A stretch of 55,069 nt of DNA from a virus (taxonomy: Duplodnaviria > Caudoviricetes). The stretch covers positions 1 to 55,069 of the IMG/VR virus record IMGVR_UViG_3300024999_002465; one strand, written 5' to 3'. The position numbers and the translations under genes were made by a program. The notes under the pieces are model-generated. The model was not told the DNA's origin, searched no databases, and saw nothing but the letters and a program-made list of their open reading frames with translations. Below are positions 1-9,409 of the stretch, piece after piece (the stretch's first letter is position 1; every line of letters starts with the position of its first letter).

Positions 1-1
1 C

Positions 2-763
2 ACACAAGAAATTCAAGATATATTTGTAACTGCTAATGATATTTCTCCTGAATGGCATGTGAAAGTATTGGCACAAATTCAAAAATACATATGCTTAAGT
101 ATTAGCAAAACTGTGAATTTGCCAAACGATGCAACTGTTGAAGATGTAGGAAATGTATATTTAATGGCATCCAAATTAGGAATCAAAGGTGTGACTGTAT
201 ATCGCGATGGTTGTAGATCCAACCAAATATTAAGCGTTGGAGAAGTGACTGAAGAAGTTCCTAAACAAGAATTTGTTTTTCCTGCTGAAACATTAAAATA
301 TGCACATGCTGAAAGATTCAAAGTAGATTCTGGATGTGGGAGTTTTTGGTTATTCCTATGTTTTGATGATAATGAAAATCTTAGAGAAATATTTTCTCAA
401 TCAGCAACTCAAGGGGGATGTCAAGGATTAACTGAAGCATTATCACGTATGACTTCATTGGCACTTAAATCTAACATTCATCCTGAAGTAATTATTGATC
501 AACTCAAATCCGTTAGATGCCCAGTGAGCATGATGATGAGAAAAGAAAAAGGGTTGGATTCTAGATCATGTGCAGATGCAATTGGTAATGCTATTAGAGA
601 TTTTATCAAAGGTAAAGATTTAAAAGTAGCAATAGTAAAAGAAACTAAACCAATTCAAATTGAAAACCAAGATTCAACTAAATGTCCTGAGTGTGGTGCA
701 GAATTAGGTATGACCGAGGGTTGTAGAACGTGTCCTAACTGCTTTTATAGCAAGTGTTCCTGA
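2..763 (+). CDS. nrdJ: Class II (adenosylcobalamin) ribonucleotide reductase, 3' part (5' end outside window)
   Basis: Frame is open from base 2 (TQEIQDIFVTANDISPEWHV). Motifs SISKTVNLP and KGVTVYRDGCR, TSCPD-like domain (SCADAIG), terminal zinc ribbon CPECG...EGCRTCPNC.YSKC. Confidence 0.92.
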   Translation, partial: TQEIQDIFVTANDISPEWHVKVLAQIQKYICLSISKTVNLPNDATVEDVGNVYLMASKLGIKGVTVYRDGCRSNQILSVGEVTEEVPKQEFVFPAETLKYAHAERFKVDSGCGSFWLFLCFDDNENLREIFSQSATQGGCQGLTEALSRMTSLALKSNIHPEVIIDQLKSVRCPVSMMMRKEKGLDSRSCADAIGNAIRDFIKGKDLKVAIVKETKPIQIENQDSTKCPECGAELGMTEGCRTCPNCFYSKCS

Positions 764-807
764 TAAATATAAGCCAAAAATAAAATAAATGAAAAGAGGA
801 AAATAAA

Positions 808-1410
808 ATGAATAAAGAACAATTAAAAGCAAAATATGGAGATGTTGAAGTATTTGTAGTAAGTAATGAATTAACAAAGGATTTTGATACATTTGTAGAA
901 TTAGACAAAGATAATAAATACAGTGATATTTTCAATTCAGTAGGTAAATTTATTCCTCGCTACGATGCAGAATTAAATTTTGAGAATCGTCAAATCATTC
1001 CTTATTGCTTAGTTAAATGTGCAGATAACTATTTCATCACTCGCAGACTCGAAGGTGATGCTAGACTCACAGGTAAGTATTCTCTAGGCGTAGGAGGGCA
1101 TCTGGAGCGTGTAGATGGCACAGATAATGACTATATCAAGTCTGGTATGTTACGTGAGCTTAGTGAAGAAATTGATATTAAGTCAAGCATCAAATCTATT
1201 GATCTAATCGGTATGATTTGTTCAAATAATACCGAGGTTGATTCAGTACATTTGGGCCTTGTGTATGTAGTATATGTTGATGGATTAGATGTTGGTGTAA
1301 AAGAAACACAAACATTGGTTGGTGATTGGATTTCTAAGAAAGATTTGCTTAATTTTGAAGGCGAATTAGAAAGTTGGAGTAAAATTGCTGTAGAACAATT
1401 TATTAAATAG
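808..1410 (+). CDS. NUDIX-family phosphoesterase
   Basis: RQIIPY, SLGVGGH, RELSEE Nudix box, VHLG. Confidence 0.85.
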   Translation: MNKEQLKAKYGDVEVFVVSNELTKDFDTFVELDKDNKYSDIFNSVGKFIPRYDAELNFENRQIIPYCLVKCADNYFITRRLEGDARLTGKYSLGVGGHLERVDGTDNDYIKSGMLRELSEEIDIKSSIKSIDLIGMICSNNTEVDSVHLGLVYVVYVDGLDVGVKETQTLVGDWISKKDLLNFEGELESWSKIAVEQFIK

Positions 1411-1427
1411 AAATTCACAAAATATAT

Positions 1428-1459
1428 GGGATAAAGTGCTAAATTACACTTTATCCCAA
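1428..1459 (+). terminator. Stem-loop after NUDIX gene
   Basis: GGGATAAAGTG / CACTTTATCCC inverted repeat; no U-tract, so terminator role is uncertain. Confidence 0.45.
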
Positions 1460-1493
1460 ACCCAAAACCTATACTTAAAAGGAGTGTATTAAT

Positions 1494-2228
1494 ATAGAAG
1501 ATTTAACTGGTAAAACATTAGGTAAATTAAAGGTGATTGAAAGAGACTACACTAAACCATCTAGAAAAGATGTAGAATATTATAGGTGTGAATGTAAATG
1601 CGGAAATAAAAAATATATAACTACTGCAAAAGAACTGTTAGCAGGTAAAAAATCATGTGGATGTATTAGGAAAAAGAAAGGATTTAATAAATATAAAATT
1701 AAAGGTAAAGTAACAACAATATATTTTACAAATCAATTAGACGAAATAATTATGGAGGGTTATATCGATACAGATGATTTACAAACATTAATAGATTTGG
1801 ATTTTCATTGGGCCGTCACTTTAGATCTAGGAGAGCGAGATTATTATGCAAGATATACAATATATTATAAAGACGAAAATAATGTGAAAAAACGTAAAAT
1901 TCATTGTTTACATAGATATCTTATGAATGTTACTGCAAAAGACATAAAAGTAGATCATATAAATCATAAGACTCTAGATAATAGAAAAATTAATTTAAGA
2001 GAATCAAGCGTAGCCAATAATACTAAAAATCGTCACGCTAAAAATACCAACAATAAATCAGGATTCAGAAATGTTAGTTGGAATGGTAGTGGGTGGTCTG
2101 TACAGTTACAAGTGGAAGGAAAGAATACTACATTAAAGAGATTTAAGAAAAATGAACTTGAAGAAGCTGGCAAATTTGCAGAGAAAATGAGACAAAAATA
2201 TTATGGTGAATTCGCAGGTAAGAGTTAA
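1494..2228 (+). CDS. HNH homing endonuclease with C-terminal AP2-like domain; probable non-canonical ATA start
   Basis: LHRYLM...VDHINHKTLDNRKINLR and NKSGFRNVSW. In-frame extension IEDLTGKTLGKLKV upstream of GTG 1533, after AGGAG. Confidence 0.85.
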   Translation: MEDLTGKTLGKLKVIERDYTKPSRKDVEYYRCECKCGNKKYITTAKELLAGKKSCGCIRKKKGFNKYKIKGKVTTIYFTNQLDEIIMEGYIDTDDLQTLIDLDFHWAVTLDLGERDYYARYTIYYKDENNVKKRKIHCLHRYLMNVTAKDIKVDHINHKTLDNRKINLRESSVANNTKNRHAKNTNNKSGFRNVSWNGSGWSVQLQVEGKNTTLKRFKKNELEEAGKFAEKMRQKYYGEFAGKS

Positions 2229-2274
2229 TATATAATATTTTTGTCTTAACTTAATTATAGCATGAACCTTGTAA

Positions 2275-2300
2275 CTTATCGGATAATCTTATCGGATAAT
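2275..2300. repeat. Tandem 13-bp duplication, each unit containing TTATC-G-GATAA
   Basis: CTTATCGGATAAT x2 directly before the RBS of the next gene. Confidence 0.85.
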
Positions 2301-2318
2301 AAAGAAAGGATGATTTAT

Positions 2319-2578
2319 ATGACATTTATAGTACCATTTGAAGGAGAATTTTGTGATAAAATACGAACAATTTATTCAGTAAACAATGATAATCCAAAAG
2401 TGCAACAAGTAGTACAACAACGTCAGAAAAATGTCCTCATTGTGGAGAAAGAAATATCTATAGAGTTTATGATGAACCCATAAAGGAATATGAAGAAGAT
2501 GGATATGTTATTGAAGTTTTTGATTGTAAGTGCCCCAGTTGCAGAAAAGAATTTGATTTAAGAATTGAATGGGAATAG
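2319..2578 (+). pseudogene. Frameshifted zinc-ribbon protein
   Basis: RBS plus ATG at 2319; adding one A in CCAAAAG (~2397) joins it to a frame encoding KCPHCG...CKCPSC, ending TAG 2578. Confidence 0.6.
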
Positions 2579-2600
2579 ATTCAGAAAGGAGTAAAATAAA

Positions 2601-3011
2601 ATGAATAAATATAATTCAGAGATATTAACTACCGAAGAAATAGATAGCCTTCTAGAAGCTCTGTGTGAAGGGCATCCTAAAGAAGAATCTAGTTCTATTA
2701 AAATCAATTATACTCCAGTTAATAAAATGAAATTAATCACAGATATTATTGATAAGAATAGATACAGTGAAAAATATTTCTCATGGTGTATTGCTGATGA
2801 AATTAATCATATTTATAAAAATGCAGGAAAAGAAATATTATCAATAGATTTAGAATTTCTTAATAAAAATACAGTAAATTTCTCTATTTTAGATGGAAAT
2901 GTAAAGTTATTTACAAATATTTCTGAGGATAATCCTGATCTTACACTTAATAAATCAGATTTGATAAGACTTAATATTATAATTCAAAAAATTATTGCAC
3001 AACTTAAATAA
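2601..3011 (+). CDS. Hypothetical protein with FliM-N-like peptide
   Basis: RBS AAGGAG; N-terminal EILTTEEIDSLLEAL. Confidence 0.7.
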   Translation: MNKYNSEILTTEEIDSLLEALCEGHPKEESSSIKINYTPVNKMKLITDIIDKNRYSEKYFSWCIADEINHIYKNAGKEILSIDLEFLNKNTVNFSILDGNVKLFTNISEDNPDLTLNKSDLIRLNIIIQKIIAQLK

Positions 3012-3035
3012 GAATTAGTAAAGGAGATAAAAATA

Positions 3036-3186
3036 ATGTGGATTGCATACGGTATTATGGATAGCAACTTCTTTAGCAGTATCATTGGGAATTTATTATA
3101 CAAAAAATGCAAATTGCTTATGGGCAATGTTAATTCCAGGAATGATTAGTTTCAGTTCAAAAAGTGATAAAAAAGATAAAGAATAA
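3036..3186 (+). pseudogene. Frameshifted small membrane protein
   Basis: ATG after AAGGAG; shifted frame LWIATSLAVSLGIYYTKNANCLWAMLIP resembles ORF 3787-3927; span is 151 nt (3n+1). Confidence 0.6.
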
Positions 3187-3210
3187 ATATAAAAGGAGAG
3201 TGTATTCACA

Positions 3211-3519
3211 ATGAAACCATGCATACATTTCGACAGTGGAGTTTGCTATTCACCTGACTGGGGAGAACCTTTTGGTGAAGGATGCGTATTAAATCATAAA
3301 GATTCTTGCCTTCATTATAATCCATGTAATTCTATCAAAGTAAAATACAAAAACTATCAAGGAAATATATCAATCAGAAATATTATTCCTCAAAATATCT
3401 ATTATAGTCATACCGAATTTCATCCAGAAGATCAATGGTTGTTAGAGGTTTGGGATGTTGAAAAGGATGCATTAAGAACATATGCAATGATGGATATTAT
3501 TGAATTTATAAAAGAGTAA
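3211..3519 (+). CDS. WYL-domain-like protein with Cys-rich N-terminus
   Basis: YKNYQG..SIRNIIP..IYY....QWLLEVWD.EKDALRTYAM pattern. Confidence 0.7.
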   Translation: MKPCIHFDSGVCYSPDWGEPFGEGCVLNHKDSCLHYNPCNSIKVKYKNYQGNISIRNIIPQNIYYSHTEFHPEDQWLLEVWDVEKDALRTYAMMDIIEFIKE

Positions 3520-3605
3520 ATTATAATCCATAAAATCACCATTGAATTAACATAATATTAATAGCACAGAAAGGAGGTGAAATTAAAAGAAAGGAGCAAA
3601 ACACA

Positions 3606-3773
3606 ATGGAAGAGCTAAAACAATGGCTAATAAACGAAATAAATAATTCTATCTGTGAAGACTATCATAACGAAAGTACATTAATGTGGAACAAAGGGTA
3701 TAGGAAAGCGTGTTTGGAAACTTTAGATTTTATTAAGAGAATTGAAGGTAAAAATATAAAAGAAAAGGAGTAA
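3606..3773 (+). CDS. Small hypothetical protein (55 aa)
   Basis: AAGGAG plus ATG; MEELKQWL... Confidence 0.6.
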   Translation: MEELKQWLINEINNSICEDYHNESTLMWNKGYRKACLETLDFIKRIEGKNIKEKE

Positions 3774-3786
3774 AAGGAATATAAAT

Positions 3787-3927
3787 TTGAATATCGTAAA
3801 TATAGTATCTTGGGTAGTAACAGGATTGACCGTAGGTGTGAGTATCTATATTACAAAAGAACCTTATTTGGGGTATGTAATGGCATTTCCTGCAATAGTT
3901 AATATAGTTTCTATTATAAATGAGTAA
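3787..3927 (+). CDS. Small two-TM membrane protein (46 aa)
   Basis: TTG start; hydrophobic SWVVTGLTVGVSIYITKEPYLGYVMAFP. Confidence 0.55.
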   Translation: MNIVNIVSWVVTGLTVGVSIYITKEPYLGYVMAFPAIVNIVSIINE

Positions 3928-3978
3928 AAAATATAACCCATAAGTTAATGATTTTGAAGGAAATAAAGGAATACAAAT

Positions 3979-4125
3979 ATGAAACTTTATGAATTAATTA
4001 TTGAATTAGAAAAGCTTGAACAACAAGGGAAGCGTGATTACGAAGTTAAAGTAGTATTTTGGAGCAATGAAGCAATCTTAGAAGATGTTTTATATAATGA
4101 TACTTCTAAAGAAATAATACTTTAA
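3979..4125 (+). CDS. Small hypothetical protein (48 aa)
   Basis: AAGGA plus ATG; MKLYELIIELEK. Confidence 0.55.
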   Translation: MKLYELIIELEKLEQQGKRDYEVKVVFWSNEAILEDVLYNDTSKEIIL

Positions 4126-4152
4126 ATAACCTAATTTAAAGGAGTGTAGAAA

Positions 4153-4365
4153 ATGAAACCATATAATATTAATATTGAAGATATTGACTCAATAAAAGAA
4201 GAAGATTTTCAATATATAGTAGGTAATTTATTGTCAGCAAAATATCCAAATTACCATGAAGTAGATGTTTGGCTTAATCAAGAAATTATTAAGATAGTAG
4301 TTAGTTATCAAAAAGAATTCAGTATTTCATTTTGTAAGGATGTGAAAATATGTTCAGATGGTTAA
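4153..4365 (+). CDS. Hypothetical protein
   Basis: AAGGAG RBS, ORF track. Confidence 0.6.
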   Translation: MKPYNINIEDIDSIKEEDFQYIVGNLLSAKYPNYHEVDVWLNQEIIKIVVSYQKEFSISFCKDVKICSDG

Positions 4366-4487
4366 TTGTTTATGGAGACGGTAGTTCAGATGAGAAATGG
4401 GCAGACACTTTAGAAGATGCTTTATTTCAATCAGTTAATAATTGGTTGATCCATTCTATTATTAAATTAGGCATAGTAGAAAAATAA
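4350..4487 (+). CDS. Small hypothetical protein (45 aa)
   Basis: AAGGATGTG plus ATG; MFRWLIVYGDG. Confidence 0.5.
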   Translation: MFRWLIVYGDGSSDEKWADTLEDALFQSVNNWLIHSIIKLGIVEK

Positions 4488-4531
4488 TGCCGTGAATCAA
4501 CTGTTTTTAAATTAAGAAAGGAGGAAATTAA

Positions 4532-4723
4532 ATGGACGTTCTACTTTACAACAACAAAGATGAAATAGTCACAATCTATACTCCAAACAATCTAAATTAT
4601 AAAAATGATGAACTACTAACAATCAAAGATGAAAAGAAAAAATACAAAGTCATTTACATTGAAAAATACAGAAAAATGGATTCAATGGAACATGTTTCTC
4701 TTGAATTACAAATCATAAAATAA
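4532..4723 (+). CDS. Hypothetical protein
   Basis: AGGAGG RBS. Confidence 0.65.
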   Translation: MDVLLYNNKDEIVTIYTPNNLNYKNDELLTIKDEKKKYKVIYIEKYRKMDSMEHVSLELQIIK

Positions 4724-4745
4724 ACATCTAAAGGAGAATTTAATT

Positions 4746-4991
4746 ATGAAAACTAAAACATCAAAACTTAAAAGTGAAATCATTAATCATCTAAAATATA
4801 TGAATCATTTAGAAGTTTTGTTAAATATGGACACTGATGAATTCCTGGAAGAATATTATCTTCTTACGAATGATGAACAAATTGAATTCATGGAAAAATG
4901 TAGCAATGATCTAAAAGAAGTAAATAATCAATTTGCTGAAATTAAACAAGGAATTGAAGATATAAATGATAAAGAGTGGAGGAGAATTTAA
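4746..4991 (+). CDS. Hypothetical protein
   Basis: AAGGAG RBS. Confidence 0.65.
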   Translation: MKTKTSKLKSEIINHLKYMNHLEVLLNMDTDEFLEEYYLLTNDEQIEFMEKCSNDLKEVNNQFAEIKQGIEDINDKEWRRI

Positions 4992-5200
4992 TGGATAAGG
5001 ATGAACGTGTTACTTGTACTGACTGTGTTAATTGGGAATTTTTAAAAAAGAAACAAGAAGATTATTTTGGATGCAGAACAGATTGTATAAATAAAAAAGA
5101 TGAGTCTAAAAATTGCCCATGTAATAGTTGTAGCTGTTATGATCCTACGAGCACTAGAAGATTTGAAACTAGACCAATGTTTGTGCCAAAGGATATTTGA
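4976..5200 (+). CDS. Cys-rich hypothetical protein (start probably ATG 4991)
   Basis: GGAGG before ATG 4991; several CxxC. Confidence 0.6.
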   Translation: MEENLMDKDERVTCTDCVNWEFLKKKQEDYFGCRTDCINKKDESKNCPCNSCSCYDPTSTRRFETRPMFVPKDI

Positions 5201-5309
5201 TACCAATTGAATCATATAATCTAACAAAGTGAAATAAAAAGAAATAAATATTTCCCTTATCTCATAAATTACAACAAAAATGAAATAAGCAATAAATTTA
5301 AAAGGAGAA

Positions 5310-5513
5310 ATGATCAATATGAGAAATAATGTAAATATATCAAACAAAGAAATTTTAACAAATAAGGAATTGGAAGCAAAACATTACGAAAGAATGATGG
5401 AATTTTTAATTGCAGATTTTGAAGGTAAAGATTTTAATGAGTGTGATGTAATTCTTAGACAAATTATTAAAGTTGCATATGACTTGTTAAATGAACCAGA
5501 TGTTATGAAGTAG
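5310..5513 (+). CDS. Hypothetical protein
   Basis: AAGGAG RBS. Confidence 0.6.
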   Translation: MINMRNNVNISNKEILTNKELEAKHYERMMEFLIADFEGKDFNECDVILRQIIKVAYDLLNEPDVMK

Positions 5514-5622
5514 GAATACTATGAGAGCGACAGAATGGGGTGTAGGTTGAGCTAGAAATTCGTTAAGGTGGGATTGTGTTAAGGATTAATTTGTGAAGGT
5601 TTAGATAGGGTAAATTTAAGGA

Positions 5623-5868
5623 GTGATAACTATGTCAAGTCTATTATTAAATATGAATATTAAAGTTACAGAAGTTGATGAAATTATGGATATTGCAAAA
5701 TGCTCAATTATGCTTAGTGATCAAATTGAATTAAGTGATTTCACAGATGAATCTGGACATAAATTAAAAATGAATGATGCTTATATAAAATTAAAGGAAT
5801 CTATTCATAAATTTAATGATTTGTTATCAAAATGTAATAAATATGAATTTGTGGATATGAGTAAATAA
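5623..5868 (+). CDS. Hypothetical protein
   Basis: AAGGAG RBS. Confidence 0.6.
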   Translation: MITMSSLLLNMNIKVTEVDEIMDIAKCSIMLSDQIELSDFTDESGHKLKMNDAYIKLKESIHKFNDLLSKCNKYEFVDMSK

Positions 5869-5893
5869 ATTTTGAATTGGAGGATAATACATA

Positions 5894-6100
5894 ATGAAAA
5901 TCAAAATTGGAGATACCATCTATGATTCTACTAAAACCCCTATTCTACTATTATTGAATTCAGAAGAAATAAAACACATGCAAAATATGCCTGACAATAA
6001 TCATAAATATTGCTCATTCCCTGATGATTCAAAAGATGAAGATATTGAAGAATTTATGAATGTAGATACTTCTGAGATTGTTGGTTATGCTCAGTATTGA
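5894..6100 (+). CDS. Hypothetical protein
   Basis: GGAGG RBS. Confidence 0.65.
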   Translation: MKIKIGDTIYDSTKTPILLLLNSEEIKHMQNMPDNNHKYCSFPDDSKDEDIEEFMNVDTSEIVGYAQY

Positions 6101-6132
6101 TTGGTAAATATATATATATATAAATAATTATT

Positions 6133-6161
6133 TTGACTTTGTTAGTTAATTAATATATAAT
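6133..6161 (+). promoter_or_regulatory. sigma-A promoter of thyA operon
   Basis: TTGACT-17-TATAAT. Confidence 0.7.
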
Positions 6162-6222
6162 GTTATTAGTTAAGGAATACATATGAGGGGATTAAATTTT
6201 AATAAAGAGAGGAAGATGCAAT

Positions 6223-7053
6223 ATGAGTAAGGCAGATATAGTTTTTATTACAATGTGCGAAGATATACTTAAAAATGGTTTTTCTTCTGAAAATGAACAG
6301 GTAAGACCTAAATGGGAAGATGGTAGTTCAGCCCATACTATTAAAAAATTTGCGGTCATAAATAGATATAATCTTGCAGAAGAGTTCCCAATTATGACAT
6401 TAAGACCAACAAATTTAAAATCTACGATTGATGAATTATTATGGATTTGGCAAAAGAAATCTAACAATATTAAGGATTTAAACAGTAATATTTGGGATAG
6501 TTGGACAGATGAAAATGGAACTATAGGTAAGGCATATGGATATCAATTAGGGGTTAAACATCAATACAGAGAAGGCAAATTTGATCAAGTAGATAGAGTA
6601 TTGTATGACTTAAAAAATAATCCATACAGCAGAAGAATTATTACCAATATGTATACCCATGAAAATTTACATGAAATGGGTTTATATCCCTGTGCATGGA
6701 GTATGACTTTCAATGTTGTTGGCAACAAACTCAATGCAATATTAAATCAACGATCACAAGACATCTTAGTAGCAAATAATTGGAATGTATGCCAATATGC
6801 AATTCTTGTACATATGTTTGCTCAAGTAAGCAATTTAGTCGTTGGAGAATTGGTACATGTAATTGCTGATGCTCATATTTATGATAGGCATATTCCATTG
6901 GTTAAAGAATTGATTCAACGACCTCAATATCCATCACCTAAATTAATTATTAATCCAGATATTAAAAACTTTTATGACTTTAAAGTTGAAGATTTTGTAT
7001 TGGAAAACTATCAAAGCAATCCACAAATTAAAAATATCCCTGTTGCTGTTTAA
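6223..7053 (+). CDS. thyA: Thymidylate synthase (intact, no intron)
   Basis: ELLW, IWDSW, GKAYGYQ, SRRII, catalytic PC, NQRSQD, DAHIYDRH. Confidence 0.97.
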   Translation: MSKADIVFITMCEDILKNGFSSENEQVRPKWEDGSSAHTIKKFAVINRYNLAEEFPIMTLRPTNLKSTIDELLWIWQKKSNNIKDLNSNIWDSWTDENGTIGKAYGYQLGVKHQYREGKFDQVDRVLYDLKNNPYSRRIITNMYTHENLHEMGLYPCAWSMTFNVVGNKLNAILNQRSQDILVANNWNVCQYAILVHMFAQVSNLVVGELVHVIADAHIYDRHIPLVKELIQRPQYPSPKLIINPDIKNFYDFKVEDFVLENYQSNPQIKNIPVAV

Positions 7054-7062
7054 GGAGGATAT

Positions 7063-7569
7063 ATGAAAATTATTGTTGCGGTTGATTCAAATTGGGGAAT
7101 TGGGCATAGAGGAAATTTGTTGTTTTGGATTCCAGAAGATATGAAATTATTCAAACAAATGACATTGGCTAAAGTTGTTGTCATGGGAAGAGAAACATTT
7201 GAATCATTGCCAAATAAAGAACCTCTAAAGAGTAGAATCAATATTGTGCTAAGTAAGAATGAAAATTTCATCAATGAGAATGTGAATATTTGTCGATCTT
7301 TAGAGGAACTATTTAGTGAGTTAGAAAAGTATGATTCAGATGATATATTTGTTATAGGTGGAGAATCAATATATTTTCAACTTTTAGATTTTTGTGATGA
7401 AGCATATGTAACTAAAATTGAAAAAGAATGTGTTGATGTAGATAAATATTTTATTGATTTAGACGAATATGAACTATGGAGAATAGAATCTATTAGCGAG
7501 AAGAAAAACTTTGAAGACGTTAAATATAGATTTGCAAAATATATTAAAAACAATATTAAGGAGGGATGA
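7063..7569 (+). CDS. dfrA: Dihydrofolate reductase
   Basis: IIVAVDSNWGIG, VVMGRETFESLP, FVIGGESIY; follows thyA. Confidence 0.96.
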   Translation: MKIIVAVDSNWGIGHRGNLLFWIPEDMKLFKQMTLAKVVVMGRETFESLPNKEPLKSRINIVLSKNENFINENVNICRSLEELFSELEKYDSDDIFVIGGESIYFQLLDFCDEAYVTKIEKECVDVDKYFIDLDEYELWRIESISEKKNFEDVKYRFAKYIKNNIKEG

Positions 7570-7629
7570 TAATTGGAAAATAAAGTTGTGGTAATTATTA
7601 ATAAACATTAAAATAAAAGGAGTATTAAT

Positions 7630-8811
7630 TTGACAAAAATTATCGACAAAGACAAGTTGGAATATTACATCAATCAAGACCTATCATTAAAAAATATAGC
7701 ACATGTCTTTAATGTAAGTTCTACATGCATAAGTAACAATTGTATTAAATATAATTTAAAAACTAAAAATATGAGAAATGAAGAAATAATAGATTTGACA
7801 GGGAAAATGTTTGGCAGATTAACAGTGGTAAGACACAATGGTAGAAACAATTTAAATAGAAAGCAATGCCTGTGTCGATGTAATTGCAAAAATAAAACTG
7901 AAATTAACGTGCAAACTAGCTCGTTACTAAATGGGAATACAAAAAGTTGTGGTTGTATATCATCTGAGATCATTATTAAAAGAAACAAAGATAATGTAAA
8001 AGAATTTACTGAAGAAGAAGTATATTTCATTATTCAGTCTTATGTAGACGGAAATAATATTAAATTTATAGAAAATAAATATGATATTAGTGAATATTTT
8101 ATCAAAAATATTTTACATAATGAAAATATTCCAATCAGAGAAAAAATAATACCATTTAACGAAAATTATTTTTATGTAATTGATACTGGAAATAAGGCGT
8201 ATTGGTTAGGGTTTTTGTATGCAGACGGATGTGTAAGTGAAAAGGCATTGGAATTAGGATTGCAGGAAAGAGATAAAAACCATATTGAAAAATTTCTTGA
8301 AGAATTAAACGCAGATGTAGAAATTAAAGATCGAATAACAAGTACAGAGGGTAAAAAATATAAAAGCAATCGTGTTTTATTAAATAGTAAAATATTAGTA
8401 AGTGATTTAATTGATAAAGGTTGTTTTATGAATAAAAGTTCTACAATAAGATTTCCAGACGAGGATATTTTGCCAAAAGATTTACAGAATCATTTTATAA
8501 GAGGTTACTTCGATGGTGATGGTTGTATAGGGTTTTACAAGAATAAAATTGCTATGATTGATATTATTAGCAATGAACCTTTTTTATTAGAAATGCAAAA
8601 AATATTAGTTGAACAATGTGGATTAAATTATGTAAAATTAAGAAAACATTATACATCAACAAAAGTAAAATATTTGAAATATGGAGGAGCGCATAATGTA
8701 TTTAAAATATATAAATACCTATACAAAGATGCAGATGTATTTTTAACTAGAAAATATAATAAATTTCAATTATTTTTAGAATTCTACAAGAGTAAATATA
8801 ATATTTCTTAA
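7630..8811 (+). CDS. Free-standing LAGLIDADG homing endonuclease with N-terminal DNA-binding modules
   Basis: KAYWLGFLYADG and HFIRGYFDGDG; DLTGKMFGRLTV...KSCGC module. Confidence 0.88.
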   Translation: MTKIIDKDKLEYYINQDLSLKNIAHVFNVSSTCISNNCIKYNLKTKNMRNEEIIDLTGKMFGRLTVVRHNGRNNLNRKQCLCRCNCKNKTEINVQTSSLLNGNTKSCGCISSEIIIKRNKDNVKEFTEEEVYFIIQSYVDGNNIKFIENKYDISEYFIKNILHNENIPIREKIIPFNENYFYVIDTGNKAYWLGFLYADGCVSEKALELGLQERDKNHIEKFLEELNADVEIKDRITSTEGKKYKSNRVLLNSKILVSDLIDKGCFMNKSSTIRFPDEDILPKDLQNHFIRGYFDGDGCIGFYKNKIAMIDIISNEPFLLEMQKILVEQCGLNYVKLRKHYTSTKVKYLKYGGAHNVFKIYKYLYKDADVFLTRKYNKFQLFLEFYKSKYNIS

Positions 8812-8818
8812 AATAATA

Positions 8819-9406
8819 ATGAAAGGTGGTCACATTGTGAATAAATTAGTAATATTAGTTGGCTTTTCAGCTTCAGGGAAAGACAAAATTCAAAAATACA
8901 TATCAGACAATTACAATTATGAAATGGTAATATCCCACACATCTCGCCCTATGCGACTCAATGAATCAGAAAATAATCCATATCATTTCATTACAAGAAA
9001 ACAATTTGAAGATATGATTGTAGAAAATGAATTCATTGAATGTAGAAAATATAATACACTTGTAAATAATATTCCTGACATTTGGTATTATGGAATTAGC
9101 AAAAATAGCATTGATTTATCAAAACATAGTTACATAGTAGTTCTAGATATTCTTGGATTAATCGAGATCAAAAAACATTTTAAAGATAATGTAATTTCAT
9201 TTTTCATTGATGTAGACGAACCAACTAGAAAACAAAGATGTATCAATAGGTCTGATTTTGATGAATCGGAATGGAATAGGAGGAAATCAGATGATGAAGA
9301 AAAATTCACATACGAGATAGTTAACCAAGAAGTTGATTATATGGTTAGTAATTATGATTTTGATACTTGTGTTGAATATATTTTAGATAAGATTGGAGAG
9401 TGTTAA
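8819..9406 (+). CDS. gmk: Guanylate kinase-like protein (start probably GTG 8837)
   Basis: P-loop GFSASGKD, SHTSRPMR..E....YHF, WYYG. Confidence 0.88.
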   Translation: MKGGHIVNKLVILVGFSASGKDKIQKYISDNYNYEMVISHTSRPMRLNESENNPYHFITRKQFEDMIVENEFIECRKYNTLVNNIPDIWYYGISKNSIDLSKHSYIVVLDILGLIEIKKHFKDNVISFFIDVDEPTRKQRCINRSDFDESEWNRRKSDDEEKFTYEIVNQEVDYMVSNYDFDTCVEYILDKIGEC

Positions 9407-9409
9407 TAA

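Noticed and set aside
6223-7053. Intron or intein in thyA or the visible RNR portion
   Set aside because: Reading frames are continuous and of normal length
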